This document shows positions 14,118 to 28,500 of a stretch of DNA of 64,000 nt, one piece after another. Positions within the stretch are counted from its first letter, which is position 1. Each line of letters starts with the position of its first letter. A model generated the notes under the pieces. The model was not told the DNA's origin. It did no database searches and saw nothing but the letters and a program-made list of their open reading frames with translations. The position numbers were made by a program, and so were the translations under genes. The stretch lies in the NCBI RefSeq assembly GCF_009914755.1, contig NC_060927.1, one strand, 5' to 3'. Source of the stretch: the human T2T-CHM13v2.0 reference genome, Homo sapiens.

Positions 14118-15254
14118 CCCTAGGGTTAGCAAAACAACCCTCAGACCCCAGTTGTGACTGTGATCCGTAAGTTGGGTGCAGTGCCTCATCACCAACCTCA
14201 TTTTCTCTAGCTGTAAAATGGGAGACTTTATGGGTGCCTTTTTATCATGTTTCTAGAACCGGTTTAGAAGATAAAACATTAATAGTAACTTTATATGGCA
14301 AATTTATCTTGATACAATATCGAACAATTTAAAAGTAATACAGATCATATTTACACGTGAAGTACATTTCCCCAGGTGAGTAAATTGTCTTCAATCACTG
14401 CTTAATTTTATTCTTGTTTACCTTTTCACTTTTAGGAAGACTGCAAACTTACCCCCACTTACCTCTTCGTGAAGCCTCACAGGGCTCCCCCAGGTTTTCT
14501 CTGTAGCTCTTTGATCTCATAGTGGCTTTGCAAACCAGTGCTCAGTGCTACTGATTTCAACTAGTTATTTTCCCAGAGAAAGCCCTAATAAGGTTGATCT
14601 TAGGGAAATCCCTTAACTGATTTCCCCTAAATCTGAATCATGGAACCAACCAGCAACCAGAGAGTTCCTGATCTCAACTTCCTTCTCCTGATTCAAACCT
14701 GGGAGCCTAGGAAAACCCTGGTCTGGGAATGCTTAAAATAATAAATCTCTACTCTTTTCTTTGAACATTTTATGTACGTATATGATGTCTGGTCAAATGC
14801 CCTCATGTAAAATTGGAGTAAAGCAAAGGAAAGCATGCGAGCATGTCTTGCCTCCATCATCACCTCCTTTTGGATTTGCATATTTATAGCTCTCTTTTTT
14901 GGGAGGTTGCTTCTGCAGAGGGCTGGAGGTTAGGTGGGTTCTGGGGCAGGGTAGAATGAGCTGCCTAGTCTCTGTGACAGGTATTTCTGTGCTGCATCTC
15001 TGCTACCTTTTTTCCTGCCCTAACCATTACCCTTAATTTTTGAAAGTATCTCTTACATCAGATAGCACATTAAATGTCTTCCTTTGGGTGATCTGAAAAG
15101 AAATAAGAATCCCTGAGAAGAATGTACACATAGAAGAATCATAAGGATGTCAGTGGTGCAACTTCACTTTGCTCTTTGTGGGACCTTAATTAGTTTGAGT
15201 ATTCTGCCTGTTATCTTTGGCTATCTCAGCTGTTATCTTTGGCTATCTCTGGGA

Positions 15255-15475
15255 AGCAGAGGAGCATGACGAAGGGCTTGAACTTTGGAGTAAGAAGGAT
15301 CTGCATTTAAATTTGATTCTCCCCTTTACTAGCTTTCTCCTGGCTTCTCTGAGTCTCATCTGTGAAACAGATGTATAAATTGGTGTGAAACGCCTAATTT
15401 ATAGGGTAAGAGTATGGAATAAAAGAGATAATGTGCTTTATCAGGCACTTAGTAGGAATTCAAGGAAATGTAGCT
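15255..15475 (+). mobile_element. MIR SINE
   Basis: actttggagtaagaaggatctgcatttaaat...ctctgagtctcatctgtgaaac. Confidence 0.55.
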
Positions 15476-16072
15476 CCTGTTCTTTCACTCTCCCTTCCTG
15501 CCTGTCTTTCCCTCACTGAAGCCAGTTATTTCCAAATACCCTGGATAATCTAGGGTAAACACAATGACCTCATGTCACACCACTCTCCCATGCTCACTCT
15601 GTCACTTTTACTAATCCTCAGCACTCCAAGTACAGGTACACCTTGTTTTATTGCACTTGATTGCATTTCACAGATGCTGCAGGGTTTTTGTTTTGTTTTG
15701 TTTTGTTTTTAAACAAATTGAAGGTTCGTGGCAACCCCATGTTGAGCAAGATTATTGGCACCATTTTTCCAACAGCTTGTGCTTACTTCTTGTCTCTGTC
15801 ATATTTTGGTAATTTTTGCAATATATCAGACTTTTTCATTATTATTATTATATCTGTCCTGGTGTTTTCTGGTCAGTGATACTTGATGTTACTATTGTTA
15901 TTGTTTTGGGGCACCATGAATCACACCCATAGAAGACAATGAACTTAGTAAATGCTGTGTGTGTTCTGACTACTCCATTGACCCACCATTCTTCAGTCTC
16001 TCTCCCTCTCCTAGGCCTCCCTATTCCCTGAGACACAACAATATTGAAATTAGGCCAATTAGTAACTCTTCA

Positions 16073-18069
<1,997 letters not shown>

Positions 18070-18284
18070 CATTTTAAAAGCAATAAACTAGTTTTAATTA
18101 AGATATGTACATTGTTTTTATTAGACATAATGCTATTGTACACTTAATAGACTACAATATAGTGTAAACATAACTTTTATTTGCACTGGGAAACCAAGTT
18201 TGTGTGACTCTCTTTATTGTGATACTGCTTTATTGTGTTGGTCTGTAACCAAAACCTCAGTATCTTTGAGACATGCCTGCATGT

Positions 18285-18670
18285 TCGTATCCTGTACCTT
18301 TACACTTGCTATTCATTTTGCCTGGAACATGTTCCCCTGCTTATCCACGTGGCTTGCCCCTTTTCTTTCTTTGGGTCTCTACCTGTATGTCACCTATCAG
18401 AGAGGCCTTCTGTTACCACTATATATAAAATAGGACTTGCCCTCTATTTTCTGATACTTCCCAACACCTTACTGTGCTGGGTTTTTCTCAATGCTTCTCA
18501 GTATCTATTGACCTATTATTTATTTGTTTGTGTATTGTACGTCTCCCCTCCCTAGTATGTAAGTCTCACAAGGATAGGGACTTTTTGTTAATTGCTGTAC
18601 CCTCAGTGCCTAGGACACTACTTGGTCTGCATTTGGTAGTCAATAAACATTTGTTAAATGCATGAATAAA
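18285..18670 (+). mobile_element. L2 3' end (host of Tigger1; upstream part about 15570-15630)
   Basis: cctttacacttgctattcattttgcctggaac...caataaacatttgttaaatgcatgaataaa. Confidence 0.75.
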
Positions 18671-19753
18671 GGAATAGTATTTTTTATTCATGCCACATTT
18701 TCCTTCAGTTTTTCAAGAAAAAAAGTGCATACTGATTTTAAAAACAGCTAAATTGTTTAAATTGTCTATTATTGTTATCTCAGGATATTATTCAATTTAG
18801 AGGTGACCATTTTTAGCCTTTAGTGTTTCATATTAAAACATGATTTCTTCTGAGGCTTTTTTCCTTTAGACAGTTTTAATTTTAGAGAACTTTTAATTGT
18901 ATCATTAACATTCCTGTCTGTAGGTCACTGTTGTGTGGTGGATTGGGAAAACAGGGAGAGACCTATGTTCTACTTATATCAATTCTTCGTGACCTTCAGC
19001 TATTGTCAAAATCTTTAATACTTTTTTCCCCAAATCCCCTATTCTGAGAAGCATTAATACTTTTTTTAATGGAGAAATTGAAAATACATGATATATTGAG
19101 GTAGATTTTCTTAGTAACCTAAAATGATATCAAGAATGTTTTGGATCCATAAGCCAGTTGGCTTATGTAGGGAGAAATCTTCTGAGTTTTTTTCTTTTTT
19201 CTTTTAATTTCTTTGTTTGAATAGCATGTAATATTTTAACAGCCAAAGTTGTGGTCATTTTTATTTTAACAATTCCAATGATAATTACACTTGCAAGCCA
19301 GGTGATTTGTCATATATCTTTAAAACTCTCAACTAAGATGCTGTTTTATTTCTGCTCCATTTGGTTCTTCACCTCTGATTCTGCACCTAGGCTCTCTTGG
19401 ATTAATAATGTACTCTAAGATTTGGAAGGTCTGGCATCCTTATAATTCTGTACTTTTCATGTATTTTCTGTATTGTTTTAGGTAGAAAACAATGATTAAC
19501 AATTTAGGCAACATTTAAACACCCTTGGATGAGACAGATTTTTGAAATACAAGCCAGTTCACATGTTCTGTGGTTTTTAAAAATAAGACTGCATAAAGTT
19601 TTTATTTTTTATATATTACTGCATATGAAGCCTGTTCAGTGAGTGTTATGCTTTGCCATAGGTAAGCTTACAGAATTTATTTGAGAAAACGTAGATATAT
19701 AAATAGGTCTATTTTTCAACAGGGGAATGGTAAGGTTTACTAAATGTTTAGTG

Positions 19754-19755
<2 letters not shown>

Positions 19756-19789
<34 letters not shown>
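19756..19789. repeat. (AC)17 microsatellite
   Basis: Directly visible. Confidence 0.95.
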
Positions 19790-19791
<2 letters not shown>

Positions 19792-22383
19792 GAATTTTTT
19801 GCCCTTTAATATTGATGAAGGAAAAAGCAAAGATATTTTTCATGTTTTTTGCTGTATTTACCTAGACTATTCCAAACATTGGTGATTTTTATCTAGGAGG
19901 TTTATCCATTTAAGGGCCAGAGTCAGCCTTTCCTGAATACGAACATAAAACCTTTGCTTTGAAGGACATTTTGCACTTGGGGCAAAGCGAAATTTGTTAA
20001 GTAAATGGATTTTATGTGTTGGAGGACTAGAGAAGTAGTAACCTGGGACAGAGAAACTGTCCAATTTAAGACTACCAGTCCATGGCCAGTCACAGGACGA
20101 AGAACATTTAGAGCTGAATCATCTATATTTTCTAAGTTTTGCGCACACCAGCAAATGATTCAGACTATGTTTGTTCCCATGTGCCAGGGAGCTCTTGTGC
20201 TGATGTGATGAAACTTGGCATAGCACAGTCCTCCAGCAGAGCAGTGCCTGCCTGTTTATGCTGAGATAACTTGCACTCTCTTGATTTTACTCAGGGGACT
20301 TCTGCAGTTTTTTGTTTTGTTTTGTTTTTAAAACTGTGTCCCTGCCTCTAGTGCATTTCCCTTTTAGTATTTTTCCTCTCCCACAGTGTCTCAGCCTGAG
20401 GTAATTTGACTGTCATATATGGGAGGTTTGGGGTTTATATTATCTACAGATTATATATGTTGTATAGGTTCCCATGGCTTCGTTTCATACATAGTTTGAA
20501 CTTATATAGTCATTTCCAGCATTCCTTCCTGTTTCTTCTTACTTTTAGCCACCGCCTAATCTGCCGCAGAGCTATTTGTGTCGATTGCCTTGGTTGTGAA
20601 AGCAACAGCTCCCCACACCCAAGCCCTTAGCTTCAGAAGTGCTTTCCTTATGACTTTACAGAGTCATCTTGGTGGCTACGTCGGGTTCTGCCCAACATCC
20701 TCTACTTAGACATCTTGTCCTAGGAATTAACTCTATAATACTCCTCCTTTCTCAACTGCCTCCTTGCATGGGAAAGGCTCATCTTAGTCTTTTTGGTTTC
20801 ACAGTGTTTCAGAAAGCTGTAGTTTTCTTTCAACTCTGCCCTCATGGTTTTACCTTCCTTTCTCTCACCCTGGGTCCCTGGGTCCCTAACCCTGGTCAGT
20901 GATCTGTGACAGTACCTGGTCATGTAATTAGGAGAGAGGGATCTGGTCATTATATAACTAGGTTGTGGAATGCCAGCTGAACAAGTGGCTAGAAACCTAC
21001 AATCCGGCTTGGAACTGAGGTTTCATGGTGTTGATGTGACTCCATGCAAGTGAGCAATTTACTCTGTGTTAGAACGTTTTTATTTTGAAAAGGTAGACAA
21101 CAGGGTCTCATTTGATCGTTAGGAAGAACACTAATGTTTATTGAGCGCCGGGCTGGGTACTTCATTCTCACGTTCTTTTTCAGCCCTCAGAGCATTCTTG
21201 TGGTAGGGCAAGTGAGTGGCAGATGCATTGAGGAAGACATGCATGTGGATACACACATATTCGTAGTTTATTTATACTGTAAATTTTAAATATGCCTAAT
21301 AAAGTTATACTAGGAGACAGTGTGGTATAGTAGAAAGAGCATGGGCTTTGAAAATTCATGAAGACCTGAGTTTAAATTTCACTTTTATCTTGGCAAAAGC
21401 AATAAAACTCCTGGGGCAGAGTACTTTTTAAAAGGTACTTTTTTTAAAGAGGCAAATACAGTGTTTTGGTGAAAAAACCAGGCACAATTAAATATTTTTT
21501 TGAATTAAAAATCTCACTACTCATGTCACTGGTGTGGCTGTACAGAGTCTTGGGAGATAGACCATGGACTCTATTAAGATAGAGATTGGCGAAATTCCCT
21601 TCATGGATTAACTTCAAGATACCTGGATACTCCAGAAAGCTCAAAGAGGTGAAAATGGAAGAAACAGTGCTGGCCAGCTGGTCTGGCTGCAGCATTAAGG
21701 CGAATCCTAAGGTTAACTCACCATCTCAGTGTAAAATATGCATAAGGGACATTTAGGGTGCTAACTCAAAAGATAAACCAGGAGCAGTAGAAAGAGATGT
21801 TCTCCCCTCCCCCGAAAGTAGGCAGTCATATGCTCATACCATTCACTTTCCTTCTTTTCTATGTGGTGTCATTAGTCTAATCTTCTCTCTTTGACAGGAC
21901 CATCCTTATTCCAGCATCTGATGATTTGCTTAATCAAAATTATTTTCTCTGAATAATAACCTCAGAAATTAAGAAATGTCATATTTTAGAGAGATCACTG
22001 GTAATTTTTGCACAAATAATTTCTGAATCAAGAAAAAATTAAAATGGTATGTCAGACAAGTTTAGATAAAACAATGAAAAGTGTTCATACTAATATATGT
22101 AGACATGCCTTATGGCTCCACTTAGATGACTTTGTTTATTTATTTTTTGCTAATAAACAATCTCTTCTAATAATTTTTACTGCTGTTATTTCTTTATTTA
22201 GCTATTTAATTATGCATGACAGTTGATGGATAGAGAGCAGTTTTTCAAGTTAAGCTTTGAGCCTTCACATTCAAAGGTATTTTTCCTCCTGTGTTTAGAC
22301 ATCTTTTTTGAGTTTACGTAGTATTTAATCTTTAAAAACTGAGACTGAGAGACACTTAGCATAGAGATTATTAAATGTAATTT

Positions 22384-22702
22384 ATTTATTTATTTATTCA
22401 TTTTTTGAGACGGAGTCTCGCTCTGTCGCCCAGGATGGAGTACAGTGGCGCAATCTCCGCTCACTGCAAGCTGCGCCTCCCAGATTCACACCATTCTCCT
22501 GCCTCAGCCTCCTGAGTATCTGGGACTACAGGCGCCCGCCACCACGCCCAGCTAATTTTTTTTCTTTTTTTTTTTTCTATTTTTAGTAGAGACGGGGTTT
22601 CACCGTGTTAGCCAGGATGGTCTCGATCTCCTGATCTCGTGATCCGCCCACCTCAGCCTCTCAAAGTGCTGGGATTACAGGCGTGAGCCACCATGCCCGG
22701 CT
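22384..22702 (-). mobile_element. AluY
   Basis: ctgcaagct, ccgtgttagccaggatggtctcgatctcc diagnostics; (TTTA)n tail; degenerate TSD gagattattaaatgtaattt / gagattgttaactataattt. Confidence 0.93.
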
Positions 22703-23910
22703 GAGATTGTTAACTATAATTTAACTTTTAAAAAACCTCCTCCCTGTCAAAGAAAGGATCATTGTTTTTGTTGAATTATGAATGTTATTGTTTAAGCTTC
22801 CAGAGATTTAATATTTCAAAGTTCAGTAACCCATCTTTGAAAGTCAGAATGCCTCAGAGAATCCCATTTCCATATCTAAAATTAGAAATGACATGCAGAG
22901 GCTACAGGCCTTTTACCAGACATGGTAATTATATGTTTTCTCTTTTTGAGAAAACCTGAAGAAAAAAATCAAGCATTAGTTCTTTACTGAATAAATAGTC
23001 TTTCTTTGGACAGTACCTCTGCCCATTTATTTTGTTTGAGAATTAGTTGTAGCCATGTGTCTGTGATGTATTCCTTACCATTGCTCATTTTCTTATTTAG
23101 AATTTTATTTTTCCCTAAACAAATCTATTAGGTCACTCAAATGTTATAATTTCCTAATTTTGTTTATAGATAACTATGTTTGTGAAATGTTTTGCCAAAT
23201 TTACACAAATAAATACCTTTCTTTCTGTGCTCTAATTGCCATACATGGGGGCTAATGTACACTCTAGCTTTGCCTTGTGACTTTAAATGGATCCCAGTTT
23301 CTTAGAGTGTGTGGAGGATGCACATTTGTGGTTAGCCCCTATAGTACTGATGACTGATCATCACATGTAAGGGATCTGCCTCCTTCCTCACGTTTGGGAA
23401 ATTGACCTTGGGGAGGAGTTTGAGGTGGGACTCAAATGGAGGAAGGGAAATACTCTCTGGAGACAGTGTGACCTTCTCCTGGCATCTGGGTTCTCCACCT
23501 CCTGCTGTCAGGCTGCCCTGCTTGGGAAGCTGGCTATGTTCCCAGCCTACAGAGGATTGCTGCTCAGGGCCTAGAGCCCTAGCCCAGCTAGGCAGATCAT
23601 CTGTGATTTTTTATTACTACCTCTGTATTCCACTGGCGTATGTAATTCAGTACTGAGTGTAATTTATATCACTTTGAAGTCTAATAAGTGTGCTTTTTAT
23701 CTGCATCTTAATATTTGCCAAATTGTTTTTTTCTTCTATTATTGAAAGTAATAATTCCTGTATTAAATTTGAGAAGTGAAAAAGTAGGGGACGAACTTCA
23801 GAACAGTGGTACCTCCACTAGGATTACTGGGGAAAACTTTGTACTATTATGCTTATTACACTGCTGTCTGCCACACTGCTGTTCAACTTTACATTTAAAA
23901 ATGTACTTGA

Positions 23911-24267
<357 letters not shown>

Positions 24268-24679
24268 TTAAAGGTGTAGCCCATACCTGTAGCCCATAGG
24301 CAGAATCTGGCCTGCAGACTTATTTGTTCTGCTCAGCATTTAAAAACCTGTAAATTTCACATAAGGACCAGATTCTCAGCATCTCTTGAAAATCTGCAAA
24401 ATATGTCAATATTGAGCCCATATTCTTGCCATGGCTGGAAAAAAGCAACAACAAGAACCACCCCCTGCCCCCTGTGACATCCTCGGTTTGACAGTTTGCC
24501 ATACCAACTGATGTCTCACACTCAGCCTGCTTGGCCCATTTGCATTACTAGTCTGAGCCCTCTAGGTACCCTGGAAAACTACTCCAGCCTTATTTCTTTC
24601 TTGTGTTTATATCCACTGTCTGCCTTATCTGTAGAACAACTTTCAGAGATCCAAGGTAGGGGCTGTGCTCTCTAGCCTC

Positions 24680-25000
24680 TGGACCTTTGCACATTCTAAA
24701 CCTTCTTCTTGAAATGCCTTTCCCCACTTCCTTCTCCTGGTTGACTCATACTTAGCTTACAAGACCCAGCCTGATCATAGTGCTTGGGAAGCCATCCCTG
24801 ACTTTCTCTGCCAGGTTGTGTAAAGATGCCCCCCTGCAGAGCACCCTTCATTGCTCTGTACATCTCAGACATGTAATAACTGTTCTATTACATGTCTTTC
24901 TTCCCCTTAGATCTAGGGTCTGGAGGGCAGAGTCTGTGCTACACTTTTCTGTTTATTCAACTATTCACAATTGTTGGTACACAGTAAGCTTGCAATACAT
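24680..25000 (+). mobile_element. L2 3' fragment
   Basis: ggacctttgcacattct...gaaatgcctttcccc...ttggtacacagtaagcttgcaatacat. Confidence 0.6.
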
Positions 25001-25099
25001 ACTTTTATTGATATGTCATAATATTGTCTAAGGCAATGAATCCCCACCTTAGCTGCATGTTAGAATCACCCGGACAGCTTTTAAAAATCGAAGTAACAT

Positions 25100-25215
25100 C
25101 TTGGCACAGTGGCGGGCTGTAGACCCAGCTTCTTGAGAGGCTGAGCGGGGAGGATTGCCTGAGCTCAGAATTCGAATGTAGCCTGAGCAACATAGTAAGA
25201 CCTCTTGGTCTCTGA
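25100..25215 (+). mobile_element. FLAM-type Alu monomer
   Basis: ggcacagtggcgggctgtagacccagct...gaggctgagcggggaggattgcctgagctcag...agcctgagcaacatagtaagacc. Confidence 0.75.
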
Positions 25216-25252
<37 letters not shown>

Positions 25253-25453
25253 GAGGGGAGAGAGGACAGAAAGAGAGCAAAGAGAAAGAAAAAGAAAAGA
25301 AAGAAAGAAGGAAAGAAGGAAGGGAGGGAAGGAAAGGAAGGAAAGGGAGGAAGGAAGAAAGAAAGAGAGAGAGAAAGAAAGAGAAGGAAAGAAAGAGAGG
25401 GAAAGAAAGAAAGAAAAGAGAGAAAGGAAAGAAAGAGAAAGAAAGAAAAAGAA
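25215..25453. repeat. About 240-bp GA-rich polypurine tract (expanded FLAM tail)
   Basis: GAAA/GA/GGAA mosaic, almost pyrimidine-free. Confidence 0.95.
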
Positions 25454-26740
25454 ATCCTAATATCCAGGCCACGTCTAGACCAGTTACATCAGAATCTCTG
25501 AAGATGGGGCCGAGGCATCAAGTTTTTAAAACTCCTCTGGTGATTCCAGTGTGCAGCCAAAGTTGAGAGCCACTGGTCTAGGACATGTAGGATTATGTAA
25601 AGAAAAGCAATTTCCCCTGATTTGGTTTGAGATTAAAACATTTGGTGATGATTTTAGGAAAATCACTCTGGATGAACATTTTTTTACTTAACTTTGGTAG
25701 CATATGGGCATTTAAACAAGTAGGCACCCACCTTCAATGAATCAGTTCCTCCCATAACAATTCTGCAAGCTATATTGCTGACAAGTTATTAATCATCAAT
25801 GTCATATGCAATTATTGACAGATTTTTATAATTTTGGTAGTTTATATTGTATAGCCATGCACCATTTCCTACCTTGCTACATTTTGATTTAAATTTCAAG
25901 TGGATTATTTTTCAGGCGCCCTACAAATTAACTTAGACATTTATTGAGTTTCCAATGCCAATTGCTTTTCTTTCTTCCATATTCTTCTTTGTTTTATATT
26001 GGGACCACTATTTGGAATAAAGACAGACAAAAACAGAACATTAACTGGTATCTGATGTGGATAACGCACCTGGAAGAAAAGCCACTATCACTTAGTGAAA
26101 GCTGTCAGCAGCTGCATTGTCCAATAAATGATCAGTCCTGAGCTCATGGTTAGTTTGGAGGGAGTTTCAGGAAAAAAAATGAAAATAGTGAAAGAGTTGA
26201 GGAAACATTTATGAATTGGGATTGCTTTTATTTTGGAGAATAATAGATTGAGGTAAAAGAATTCCTGCTTGGGCACTTTTTTTTTTTTTTGTGAATGATG
26301 ACTTGACTTTGTTTCTACTGAGAATAAGGGTAGTAGACATTTGGTTTAGAATTAAGGGAGTTTTAGAAATTAATGTCTAAAGAATTTTTTTTGTTTATAA
26401 AGACTATGAGATGATAATATCAATCATGTGATCTGTTTTCTGGGAGAGTGTTATGACGAGGATTGACTACTGTCTGATCAGAAAACTTCTTTGGATTTAT
26501 TTTTAACTCTTCTATTGGAAAATCTCTTTTAGTTAATCTTTTGTATCTGAAACAATTGATCTTTTTCACATTGCCTGTTTATCTTACTGAGAAAGCTGAT
26601 TTATCTACACTGAATTGGCAGCAGTGCCTTGTTGGTGTAGTAATTTAGATTTTCTAAGATTTTCTGCTTAATCAACTCTGTTTTCCCCTTTGAGCTAACT
26701 GAGGCTAAGAGGGAAGAATCTGGTTGTTCCAACTGCCCTT

Positions 26741-26753
26741 TGCCAGGATTTTC

Positions 26754-26792
<39 letters not shown>

Positions 26793-26924
26793 CATGTGTG
26801 GTGGGTGAGGGAAGCTGGGCTTCATAAGAGCTGCAGTGCCAGGATTTTCCTCTGTGTGTGTGTGTGTGTGTGTGTGCGTGCGTGTGTGGTGGGTGAGGGA
26901 AGCTGGGCTTCATAAGAGCTGCAG
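26741..26924. repeat. Tandem duplication (96 + 88 bp), each unit containing a (TG)n tract
   Basis: tgccaggattttcctc(tg)n...gggaagctgggcttcataagagctgcag occurs twice (26741-26836, 26837-26924). Confidence 0.95.
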
Positions 26925-28289
26925 TGCAGGTAACATGGTAGAGTCCTGATAGTGGCAGCCTGAGGAGCCCTGGCCTATAGCTGGGGGGCCTCCCTTTCCA
27001 ACCCTGCTCTTTGACCCCAGCTGGCTCATTTTCAGACTGGGAGCAGTGGCATCACTTGACCTGGGAGGAGAAGCAGCCAGCCCCAAAGAGCCAGACTCAA
27101 AGCTCTGCCCAGCCTGGCTGTCACCTTCAGGCACCTGAGGACACTCAGCATGTAATTATGTGCCTCGAGACAGTGGCTTCCCTCACAGAGCAGAGAAGGG
27201 AACTGATTAATCAGTTAGTCTAGTGCACTCAGCTGGATCTCTCTTCACAGCCTAGTGAATCAGGGGTTGAATTATGTGATCTCTTCCCTCCTCCCATCTT
27301 TGTAGAGCAGCCCCTTTCTGAAGAGGAGAGGAGGGTCACTGTGGGGCATTCTACCTTCCTGGTCACCTGTCCCTCTCCTCATTGCTCTGATGCCAGCTTT
27401 CTTCCCCTACCCCCATATGATCTGGGAACTGATTAAATGACTTGAGTAGAGAAGTGCTGGCAGTTGCCACAGAAGGGTGCGTGCACTGCCAGGCAGGGAA
27501 GGGCTGCCAGGTGCTAATGTCACTGTGCCTGGCACCAGCATGCGTCCCAGAATCTGCTCCCGAGGTCCAGCTCTGCCAGCATGAGGCTGCTGTTTGGAAA
27601 TGTAAAGTTCTGATCTAATTCTGGCAAAATATATTTTTTTTTCTTGAATTGCTTAGATTATTATCCTGATTTCCTCTTCCTTTGATTGGCCTGAAGTGAA
27701 GGCCATTAACAGTGCCATGATGGCAATTTTATAGATGAAGAAATGCCAAGGAAAGTGATTATATTTGGCATGGCTCTGAAGTAAAAAAAATTCCCATCCC
27801 TACCTCATAAGTCCTGCCTTTACCTTCTTCTTCCTCCCTACATGGAGTTTCTTAACTGAAGGCTCAACTTTAGTTTTCAGGCCAATTTGGAGCCAAGACA
27901 ATGTCTGGCTCCAAATGGTATTTAAATAGCTTCAACCCCTCAGTTGTGGGAGTTCAGAGTATATTTCCAGACAGATGACCTCCTGGACTCTCATGGTGCC
28001 CACGGAGCCTCAGCTCTCCCCACTCTCTACTTTGTGCCCTGACTTCTAGCTTCACTTTGATAGCAGTGGGCCTTGGGAGCTGACTTTGTGAAGGTTATTG
28101 GTACCAAGTATGACATCATTACTAGATATAGCACTTGTGTCCTTGCTTGCTCTTACCATCTCTCCAGTGGGACAGTAGAGTCCTGGCTTGAGCTTAGAGC
28201 CCTGCTGCTTACCAATGCCACCTGCTTATCTGACTTCTGAATGTTATTTACTCCATCCTGTGTTTTGGTACTTTTTTGAGGGGCATGAA

Positions 28290-28500
28290 GCCTGGTGGAA
28301 TGAAAAAGGCAAATTTGATCCCTGACAGACCTAGCTGTAATGCTAGGCCTGGCACATCTTACTTCTAATCTTAGGTATGTTTCTCTCCAATCCTCAGTTC
28401 TTCAGAGGTAAAAAGAGGGTACTGTTTCTTATCTTACAAGTTTGTAATGGTTATATGATATACTGTATGTAAAATATCTAGCGTGCTTCTGAGCCCTTAG
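28290..28500 (+). mobile_element. MIR SINE
   Basis: ggtggaatgaaaaagg...gacagacctagct...cctcagttcttcagaggtaaaaagaggg. Confidence 0.5.

Larger units (their letters stand above)
25034..25575 (+). mobile_element. MER5A-type hAT MITE split by a FLAM insertion
   Basis: gctgcatgttagaatcacc...ttttaaaaat | atcagaatctctg...ggtgattccagtgtgcagccaaagttgagagccactg; TSD gtctaagg / gtctagga. Confidence 0.8.

Noticed and set aside
14405-14600. Strong + strand acceptor at 14435
   Set aside because: No convincing donor downstream and no recognisable peptide
20200-20270. GTGATGA ... CTGA resembling C/D box snoRNA motifs
   Set aside because: No terminal stem, short spacing and no recognisable rRNA/snRNA guide
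20520-20630. Acceptor at about 20548 followed by CpG-containing sequence
   Set aside because: All frames close within about 80 nt; no donor and no known protein similarity
25005-25501. K/E/R-rich and F/L/S-rich ORFs (also 53415-53672 and 59062-59406)
   Set aside because: Products of GA/CT low-complexity tracts
26741-26924. Repeat-spacer appearance here and at 54630-54783 (CRISPR-like)
   Set aside because: Only 2-3 contiguous copies with no unique spacers, no cas genes and a primate context
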